DNA of 27,724 bases. Source: a virus (Duplodnaviria > Caudoviricetes). The translations under genes were made by a program, and so were the position numbers. The notes beneath the pieces were generated by a model that was not told the origin of the DNA, did not search any database, and was given only the letters and a program-made list of their open reading frames with translations. Every line of letters begins with the position of its first letter. Positions within the stretch are counted from its first letter, which is position 1. Positions 1-6,258 of the stretch are shown here, piece after piece. The stretch spans positions 1 to 27,724 of the IMG/VR virus record IMGVR_UViG_3300036975_000136; one strand, given 5' to 3'.

Positions 1-341
1 GAACCGAAGGGGAACTTAAGTTTGAAACTTCAAACGCTGTTGACACTTACTTGGCAAAGCAAGACACCGGAAACACCATTTGGATTGTTACCGCTCATCA
101 TGAAAAGAGAGAAGATGAGCAATGGGGGCGAATGGGATTCTATAAGGGTGGCTGGAACCTTGGTAAGGAACATGATCGATTGACACAAGCTTGGTTAGAT
201 CACAATAGGGACAGAATCAAGGGTGCAACGCCCGAAGCACTTAGTTACATGGTTATGGCATCCTACTTGGACTTTACCGATGCTGTCTTGGATCGTAGCT
301 TTAACGGTTCCTACGCTGACTTTCATAACTTGAACGACTAA
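1..341 (+). CDS. 5'-truncated hypothetical protein, paralogue of 1396-1848 (domain 'X')
   Basis: The frame is open from position 3 (TEGELKFETSNAVDTYLAKQDTGNTIW), so the TTG at 51 is probably not the start. It aligns with TDEMVRFDTETEARTYLAGQETGNQVW of ORF 1396, and both end GSYADFHNLxD. Confidence 0.8.
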   Translation, partial: TEGELKFETSNAVDTYLAKQDTGNTIWIVTAHHEKREDEQWGRMGFYKGGWNLGKEHDRLTQAWLDHNRDRIKGATPEALSYMVMASYLDFTDAVLDRSFNGSYADFHNLND

Positions 342-365
342 GAACGAAACTAAAAGGAGAAGAAG

Positions 366-1238
366 ATGAGAACACTAATTTTAGCGCTGACAATAGCTTT
401 ACTGCCTGTTTGGGCACTTGCCGCAACACCTAACCTTTTCCAGGTTTGGGGCGTTGGGATTGAACGAACAAGCTTCCAGACCTTGGAAGAGGCTTTAGAA
501 TATGCCGAAACCTTAAACCCTACTGATGTGGTTTGGATTGGCAAATGGAACGACGATATTAACCACTATTGTGACGTTATGACTACGCTTGGGAGCCGAG
601 ACAAGGAAGCTAGGGCCCTGTTTTTTGAAAACTTTCCAGGTGCATCGGAAGAATTGTACCAATCAAGCTTGGGCGAATGGTCCTATTTAGGTGAAGTTGT
701 CCCTTATGAATTCCAAGGTGGAACGTATTTCAGTTGGATCGGTGGAGCATGGTACGAATACGCGCAGTTTTGTGAACGGATCCGCGAAATTCCTACAAGG
801 AAGGCTTTCCAAAACATGTTCCTAGTATACCTTGATTACCAAGTTGGAATCGGAAACGAAGAGCCTATTTACGCTAATTTTAAGGATTTGCTGGCAAATC
901 AATGGCTAGATGATGCTTGGAGAGCAACAGCACATCCCAATTGGAACACATACAACGAAACCCGGATACCAGAATTTTGGGCAGACAACAAAAACCCAGA
1001 ATTTACACCCGATCAAGGGTTTGTTACCGATGTTCCTAACGAAGTCGAAGAAGCGTTTAACGCTATTGGAAACGGTACCGAATTAGACAAGTCCGCATGG
1101 TTGATACTCCTTGAAACCGAAGCCAGTGAAGGCCGCTTTTCTAAAGAAGAAATTTTTATTAGATTGGTAGAAACCTCAGCCTTGGTGCACGTTGTGGATG
1201 ATACCTACCAAAAAGCCTTGGCGATATACTCCCATTAA
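366..1238 (+). CDS. Putative secreted protein, 290 aa (signal peptide + domain X + domain Y)
   Basis: AAGGAG RBS. Sec-type signal MRTLILALTIALLPVWALA ending in an A-x-A site. The C-terminal ~165 aa align with ORF 2698. Confidence 0.85.
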   Translation: MRTLILALTIALLPVWALAATPNLFQVWGVGIERTSFQTLEEALEYAETLNPTDVVWIGKWNDDINHYCDVMTTLGSRDKEARALFFENFPGASEELYQSSLGEWSYLGEVVPYEFQGGTYFSWIGGAWYEYAQFCERIREIPTRKAFQNMFLVYLDYQVGIGNEEPIYANFKDLLANQWLDDAWRATAHPNWNTYNETRIPEFWADNKNPEFTPDQGFVTDVPNEVEEAFNAIGNGTELDKSAWLILLETEASEGRFSKEEIFIRLVETSALVHVVDDTYQKALAIYSH

Positions 1239-1258
1239 ACTCCTTTCCCAAACCCTTG

Positions 1259-1293
1259 CCCTCCCCTTGAAATATAGGGGAGGGTTCCCTTTC
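1259..1293 (+). terminator. Probable intrinsic terminator
   Basis: 9-bp stem CCCTCCCCT/AGGGGAGGG after the stop, followed by an imperfect U tract (TTCCCTTTC). Confidence 0.6.
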
Positions 1294-1309
1294 AAAAAAA
1301 AAAAAAAGC

Positions 1310-1338
1310 TTGGTCTTTTCTCAAAATAGTACTATATT
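1310..1338 (+). promoter_or_regulatory. Candidate sigma70-type promoter
   Basis: TTGGTC-17 bp-TATATT, preceded by an A14 tract and followed by a 9-bp leader hairpin (1352-1375). Confidence 0.45.
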
Positions 1339-1395
1339 ATAAGTATAGGAACTTGGTTGTGACGAAACAACCAAGGGGGAAAAGGAGAAAAAGCG

Positions 1396-1848
1396 ATGAG
1401 AACACTAACAATCCTGACACTGGCACTAACCCTGGCACTTGGTTCCGTAGCAAGCGGTTTTGCTGGATGGAACGGTAACAAGTACGATCCTGATTACTAC
1501 ACAGTAAAGAACCTTAGAACTGATGAAATGGTTCGCTTTGACACCGAAACAGAAGCCCGGACCTATTTGGCTGGTCAAGAGACTGGCAACCAGGTTTGGA
1601 ACGTATCGGGCTGGACAACTCACCGAAAGGATGAAAGCAAATTGGTTTTGTGTGGTGGTTGGTGGAGCCTTGGTGAAGATGATGCGAACTTGTTGCAAGC
1701 TTGGGTTGAAAAGAACCAAGAAGAATTGAGCAACGTAAACCCCGGCTGTGCATGGCGATTGACTCAGGAATCGTACATTCATTTCGCTATAGCCTTTGAC
1801 AAAGGGTTTGAGGGTTCTTACGCTGATTTTCACAACTTGAGCGACTAA
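1396..1848 (+). CDS. Putative secreted protein, 150 aa (signal peptide + domain X)
   Basis: AAAGGAG RBS. Signal MRTLTILTLALTLALGSVASGFA. Paralogous to ORF 1-341. Confidence 0.85.
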   Translation: MRTLTILTLALTLALGSVASGFAGWNGNKYDPDYYTVKNLRTDEMVRFDTETEARTYLAGQETGNQVWNVSGWTTHRKDESKLVLCGGWWSLGEDDANLLQAWVEKNQEELSNVNPGCAWRLTQESYIHFAIAFDKGFEGSYADFHNLSD

Positions 1849-1878
1849 GAAAAAATTTAAGGGAAAGGGAGAAAAATT

Positions 1879-2427
1879 ATGAGAATACTAACAAACGAAA
1901 CACACACGAGTTGGAACGACAGAGAGATGATCAGAGAGATGATCCAGAATATGCAGCACGTGGACCCTGAATTTGGAGACTACGACGCATTTGATTTGTT
2001 GCCTGGGCAGTATCAAGATGCGCTTAGACAGAATGATGACCCTCTGGACTTTTATGTTGCATTCACAACAGATTCAACAGGCACTTTGTATTTGTTATGC
2101 CACATTGACATCGAATTTGTAACGTGGGAAGTTAAGGATTTTTTTCCAAAACGGTTGAATTTACTTAACGTCAAGGCAGTCAGAGAACAATTGGAGAACG
2201 AAGAAAGAGAAGCCCGAACCAAGTGGGGGCCGATCCTTAACGGAACGTCCATTACGTATCAGGTATTTGATTGTAACTCTGGCAGATTGTCGGTGTATAA
2301 GACCGATGATTTAGCCCCAATGGATAACAAGCCATACAAGTTGGAATCACGTCAAGGATTCCCTATTCGATTCCTGACAGCGATAGAGGCCCAACAGTGG
2401 CTAGATACTGGATTCCTCCAACAATAA
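1879..2427 (+). CDS. Hypothetical phage protein, 182 aa
   Basis: AGGGAG RBS, long ORF in the same orientation, no hydrophobic signal. Confidence 0.8.
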   Translation: MRILTNETHTSWNDREMIREMIQNMQHVDPEFGDYDAFDLLPGQYQDALRQNDDPLDFYVAFTTDSTGTLYLLCHIDIEFVTWEVKDFFPKRLNLLNVKAVREQLENEEREARTKWGPILNGTSITYQVFDCNSGRLSVYKTDDLAPMDNKPYKLESRQGFPIRFLTAIEAQQWLDTGFLQQ

Positions 2428-2475
2428 GGAATCACGGGACAGGTTGTTAGCCTGTTCCATCATTTTACTGCACAT

Positions 2476-2502
2476 AGCCCGGTGAGATTCCGGGCTTTTT
2501 TT
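2476..2502 (+). terminator. Intrinsic terminator
   Basis: AGCCCGG/CCGGGCT stem followed by T7. Confidence 0.8.
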
Positions 2503-2523
2503 GTGTGCATGCGGAAAGAAATT

Positions 2524-2532
2524 TGTTATAAT
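2524..2532 (+). promoter_or_regulatory. Extended -10 promoter element
   Basis: Perfect TGnTATAAT directly downstream of a terminator. Confidence 0.55.
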
Positions 2533-2538
2533 ATAGAC

Positions 2539-2601
2539 GTGTGATAACACAACCTCCAAGATTTGATATCATAAGACCCCATATGAGAGGGTCTTTTTTT
2601 T
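2539..2601 (+). ncRNA. Candidate ~60-nt small RNA
   Basis: Bounded by an extended -10 and a terminator, with no credible ORF. Has a small 5' hairpin followed by AACCTCC (anti-SD-like). Confidence 0.4.
2573..2601 (+). terminator. Intrinsic terminator
   Basis: AAGACCC/GGGTCTT stem followed by T8. Confidence 0.75.
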
Positions 2602-2697
2602 ATGTGCATGCAGAAAAAATTTGATTAAGAAATTTACGTTGTTACCGATATTAAAAGTATAAAGAAAAAAATTTAGAGAGGTAACAAAAGAAAGAAA

Positions 2698-3252
2698 ATG
2701 AAAAAAATTTTAGTGTTGTTATCAATCGTTGTGTTCCCTGCGCTGGGAATCACTGGACAGGCTTTGTATGTGTCCAACGATTGGTATGTTTATGAGGCTT
2801 TTTGTGAACGCTACGACAAGGCAGCGTCTTACCCTCCAACGGTAGAGGGGTTTAGAGGCGCTAGCGGTGCTTATGAAGCGGTCAGGGAATCAGGAACCGA
2901 CGACTTTGGTGGATATCTGATGGATCAGTTTATTAACGCTGATTGGAGAGAAGTACCACATCCGTCCTTTGATCGGTTCAACATTTATCGTTTCAACCGT
3001 AAGATATACTTTCACTCATATGGTAGGACGGTGTATGTGCCTAACCTACCTACATGCGTTGAAGACGCCTTTAATCGACAAGGCCCTGGAGCTGAGTTAA
3101 CTAGTGAAGAGTGGTTGAAGGTTATTGACGCAGGTGTGAGGCATGGGCTATACAGCCAAGATAACATTATGTTAAGATTGATTGGAGTCCAAGCCCTAAT
3201 ACCACGCGGACAAGACGTATACGTTAAGACCAAGGATGTGTTTTCCCACTAA
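2698..3252 (+). CDS. Putative secreted protein, 184 aa (signal peptide + domain Y)
   Basis: Signal MKKILVLLSIVVFPALG. Colinear with the C-terminal part of ORF 366 (WYxYxxFCER, WRxxxHP, VExAFNxxGxGxEL, terminal SH). Confidence 0.85.
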   Translation: MKKILVLLSIVVFPALGITGQALYVSNDWYVYEAFCERYDKAASYPPTVEGFRGASGAYEAVRESGTDDFGGYLMDQFINADWREVPHPSFDRFNIYRFNRKIYFHSYGRTVYVPNLPTCVEDAFNRQGPGAELTSEEWLKVIDAGVRHGLYSQDNIMLRLIGVQALIPRGQDVYVKTKDVFSH

Positions 3253-3276
3253 GCACCCCTTTCGTACCACTGTTGC

Positions 3277-3309
3277 CCCCCGGGATTAACCATGCCGGGG
3301 GTTTCTTTT
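3277..3309 (+). terminator. Intrinsic terminator
   Basis: CCCCCGG/CCGGGGG stem followed by TTTCTTTT. Confidence 0.75.
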
Positions 3310-3522
3310 ACCCACAAATTTCTTTCTATAGAAATTTACAACCAACCAAAGAAATTTTTTAACAATCCATATCATTTATTTTTGACACTTTTTTTATGAA
3401 AAATGTTGGGAATGGGGGGTATTGGTACGATTTTTGCTGTATGGCTGCGCCCCTTCTAGCCCCCAAATTTCTAGCGCAAGAATTTGTGTTGAAATAAAAA
3501 AGGTGTGGGTATGTAGAAAATT

Positions 3523-3531
3523 TGTTATACT
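3523..3531 (+). promoter_or_regulatory. Candidate extended -10 promoter for the packaging operon
   Basis: TGtTATACT in an AAATTTGTTATAxT context shared with the element at 2519-2532. Confidence 0.45.
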
Positions 3532-3551
3532 AAAGGTAGAGAGGTGAGATT

Positions 3552-3686
3552 GTGGATGAGTTGTGGCGTGAAATTGTGGATATGGAGCGCAAGGTATGTG
3601 AGTTGGAGGAGCGTCGATGTTGTGGTTGGTGGGTAATGGCATTGGATGTATTGGTGGTGTTGATATGTCTGTTTTGTGGATATTGA
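3552..3686 (+). CDS. Small membrane protein, 44 aa (not in the ORF track)
   Basis: GAGGTG RBS plus GTG start. MDELWREIVDMERKVCELEERRCCGWWVMALDVLVVLICLFCGY: a charged helix followed by a hydrophobic segment. Confidence 0.55.
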   Translation: MDELWREIVDMERKVCELEERRCCGWWVMALDVLVVLICLFCGY

Positions 3687-4078
3687 TGGTAGTGGTGGTA
3701 ATTGGGTTTTTGTTTTTGGTGTTGTGGTTTGCGAGTAGGAAGACGTTTCGTGTAAATGTGGTGTTGGTTAGGGGTTTGGATGATTTGGGTAAGGATGCGA
3801 TTCCTGTGTTGATGAAGGAGCCTAAGTTGTTTTATGGTGGTTACGGTTGTGGCGGGGAATCGGTGTTTGAAGTTGGCAAGGTTGGTGTTGAGCAGGATTT
3901 GGGTGTTGAAGTTAAGATTGTTGATGGATTGGGTGTAGTTGGGGTAGGCAATGAAATATATTTGTTGGGTGTAGTTGGTGATGTTCGTGGGAATTGGGTG
4001 GAGTTATGTGATTCTTTGTGTAATGAACTGGTTCTTGGTTTGGTGGTAATGGCATGGCGCAGAACACTGGGAAAATAG
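3665..4078 (+). CDS. Hypothetical membrane-anchored protein (alternative start 3617)
   Basis: N-terminal TM segment VLWILMVVVVIGFLFLVLWF then ASRK. GGTGGTG RBS. Overlaps the terS start. The extreme G/T bias lowers confidence. Confidence 0.55.
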   Translation: MSVLWILMVVVVIGFLFLVLWFASRKTFRVNVVLVRGLDDLGKDAIPVLMKEPKLFYGGYGCGGESVFEVGKVGVEQDLGVEVKIVDGLGVVGVGNEIYLLGVVGDVRGNWVELCDSLCNELVLGLVVMAWRRTLGK

Positions 4079-4593
4079 CTAGGAAGGAATTGTATGTGAA
4101 GTTGTCTAGGTTGTCGGAGTTGATGCTGACGGGTTTGGACGGTGTGGATTTGGTGCGTGCATCGGACGTAGATGGCGAGTTCGCCGATCTCAGCGATCGG
4201 CAGTTGTTGGAGTTGATGGGTGGAGTAAAGGAGTTTTGGAAATCTACGCAAGCCGAGACCGTGGCTTTGGAGCGCGATAAACTGTATAATAGAAACGAAT
4301 GGATTGTCAGGCAGATGGCGGAGATTGTAAACGACAGGTCTAAGAAAGACGGTACTAGAGTGAATGCGGCTAAGATCATACAGAAAAGCACGGAACAGCA
4401 AATGCAATTGGCTGGTGTAACGAAGGATGACACGCCTATGCCTGCTCCAACAACTACGGTAGATAACCGTCAAGTAATACAAATAGAGAATTTGAACGTA
4501 GATCAACGCGATCTATTGCTGGAAATGCTTAAATTAAGGAAGAAACTGACTATAAAAGGCTTGGAAAAACATGTCAACACAAACGATTCCTGA
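4054..4593 (+). CDS. terS: Probable terminase small subunit
   Basis: 179-aa helical protein directly upstream of and overlapping terL; HTH-like N-terminus. Call is mainly from position. Confidence 0.65.
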   Translation: MAQNTGKIARKELYVKLSRLSELMLTGLDGVDLVRASDVDGEFADLSDRQLLELMGGVKEFWKSTQAETVALERDKLYNRNEWIVRQMAEIVNDRSKKDGTRVNAAKIIQKSTEQQMQLAGVTKDDTPMPAPTTTVDNRQVIQIENLNVDQRDLLLEMLKLRKKLTIKGLEKHVNTNDS

Positions 4594-6166
4594 GCTTCAG
4601 GAAATCCCTATTGAGTATATCCCCGATGTCGAAGAACTTAAAGTTAAATTGCTTGAAAGTTATCTTAACTCAGGCTTGAACGATGAATCTGACGTCAAAG
4701 AGTTTTTGTTTCATATGTTGGATGTGCAGATTCCTGATACCGTGGTGATTGCTGGTAACACAAGCCCGTTTCAATTTTTGTGCGATGCGTTTTTTGAACG
4801 CGTAGACGCCACCATAACTTGGGCAAATCGTAGCGGAGGCAAAACGTTTAACTTTGCCGTGTTAAATGTCTTGGATATGCTATTTAAGCCAGGAGTTAGG
4901 ATTACCAATTCTGGAGCTGTTGTAGATCAAGCCGACCAGAACTTTGAATATACCGTGGAGTTGTTTAGAAAGCCCGGCTTAAGCAAGATGGTTCGTAGGT
5001 TGTCTATGAACCGGCACATCATTGAACTAACAAATGGATCTAGATTGAAGGTCATTACCGCTAGCAAAGAAGGGTTTAACGGCCCCCATCCCCATAAATC
5101 AAATATAGATGAGGTTGATTTAATTGACTGGCCGGTGCTTGAAGAAGGATTTTCAATGCCGCAGTCGGGACCGTACAAAGGTCAAGACAGATTGGCTTCA
5201 ACTAGAAAAAGCATGAGCGGGACCATGTCAATGCTTTTGGATGAATCCGAAAACTTGGGTATGAAGATTTATAAATGGAGCATCTTTGAAGTTGTTGAGA
5301 AATGTACGTTGGATTGTAAAACCTGCGACATATTCGCTAACAAATGCCAAGGCCGAGCCAAGCAAAGCAATGGATATTATCCTGTAGCGGATATGATAAA
5401 CAAAACCAAGAGGTTAAGCACAAGGGCTTGGAAACTGCAATGGGGATGCGAAGATGATTTGGTTGAAGGCATGTTTTATGAGGATCTAAGAAAAGATGTT
5501 CATTTCAAGTCCAGGGAATGGTTTGTTAAGCGATATAAAATCCCCGATGACGGCCGCCCAATTGAGCAATTGCTTAGGCAATACTACCCAACCAACAATA
5601 GAATACAAACCCTTGACTTTGGCTGGAGGGATCCCAATGTATTTCAGAACTGGATAGAAATGCCCGATGGTGTCTGGGTTGTTTACAAATTGTTTTACGA
5701 AGCAAGGCTTAAGCCTTCGGATGTAGCCAAGTGCTATTTTGGTTTGCTTGGAACAGCAAAGAATCCTGCGTTTAACTGGGCCGAAGAAAGCAAAGACGCT
5801 GAGAAGTTTGGCGATCCAAGTGGACGCAGCTACATTCAAGAAATTGTTGAGCACGATCCCACTGTTAAGATAAGAACGGCTATTAACGATCACGCCTATG
5901 GTTACGATGCAGTTAGAATGTTGCTTGAATACGATGAAAAAATAGATTGTGCTGGTTTGGTTTGTTTAGACAGTTGTCCTGAATGGTGGATCGAACATAA
6001 GAACTTGAGATATCCAAACAAAACCCAGTACAGCGGCAAAGACATACCCGATAAAAATTGTTCCGATCACACTCCGGATACCACAAGGTATGGATCGGCA
6101 TGGATTAGGTATTCAAGATCTAGGAAAGATATGAATACTACAACAAGGAGTTTGTTGATACAGTGA
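4571..6166 (+). CDS. terL: Terminase large subunit
   Basis: Walker A ANRSGGKT, Walker B NIDEVD, motif III AST, RNase H-like nuclease motifs LDFGWRDP and DHTPDTTRY. Confidence 0.95.
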   Translation: MSTQTIPELQEIPIEYIPDVEELKVKLLESYLNSGLNDESDVKEFLFHMLDVQIPDTVVIAGNTSPFQFLCDAFFERVDATITWANRSGGKTFNFAVLNVLDMLFKPGVRITNSGAVVDQADQNFEYTVELFRKPGLSKMVRRLSMNRHIIELTNGSRLKVITASKEGFNGPHPHKSNIDEVDLIDWPVLEEGFSMPQSGPYKGQDRLASTRKSMSGTMSMLLDESENLGMKIYKWSIFEVVEKCTLDCKTCDIFANKCQGRAKQSNGYYPVADMINKTKRLSTRAWKLQWGCEDDLVEGMFYEDLRKDVHFKSREWFVKRYKIPDDGRPIEQLLRQYYPTNNRIQTLDFGWRDPNVFQNWIEMPDGVWVVYKLFYEARLKPSDVAKCYFGLLGTAKNPAFNWAEESKDAEKFGDPSGRSYIQEIVEHDPTVKIRTAINDHAYGYDAVRMLLEYDEKIDCAGLVCLDSCPEWWIEHKNLRYPNKTQYSGKDIPDKNCSDHTPDTTRYGSAWIRYSRSRKDMNTTTRSLLIQ

Positions 6167-6258
6167 GGTGGTTATGGAAAGAAGATATTTTACGCCAATA
6201 AGCAAGCAAAGAGCAATGAAAATGACTCACAACCAACGCCCTTTTCTTAGGAGAGAAC

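Larger units (their letters stand above)
2495..2623 (+). repeat. Imperfect direct repeat of ~30 bp, two copies
   Basis: CTTTTTTTGTGTGCATGCGGAAAGAAATTTG (2495-2525) versus CTTTTTTTTATGTGCATGCAGAAAAAATTTG (2593-2623). Confidence 0.8.

Noticed and set aside
1176-1247. Antisense RBS and ATG (GAAAGGAGTTTAATG) giving a 19-codon ORF
   Set aside because: Very short, inside ORF 366, and the ATG is not kept at the paralogous position of ORF 2698; the anti-SD reading is preferred.
2495-2623. Possible mini-CRISPR array
   Set aside because: Only two imperfect copies about 98 bp apart, each containing a terminator T-run; no cas genes in the window.
3394-4506. Minus-strand Pro/Thr/His-rich ORFs (3394-3642, 3841-4506, 3912-4433)
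   Set aside because: Their composition simply mirrors the G/T-rich + strand, and they overlap terS and the membrane ORFs.
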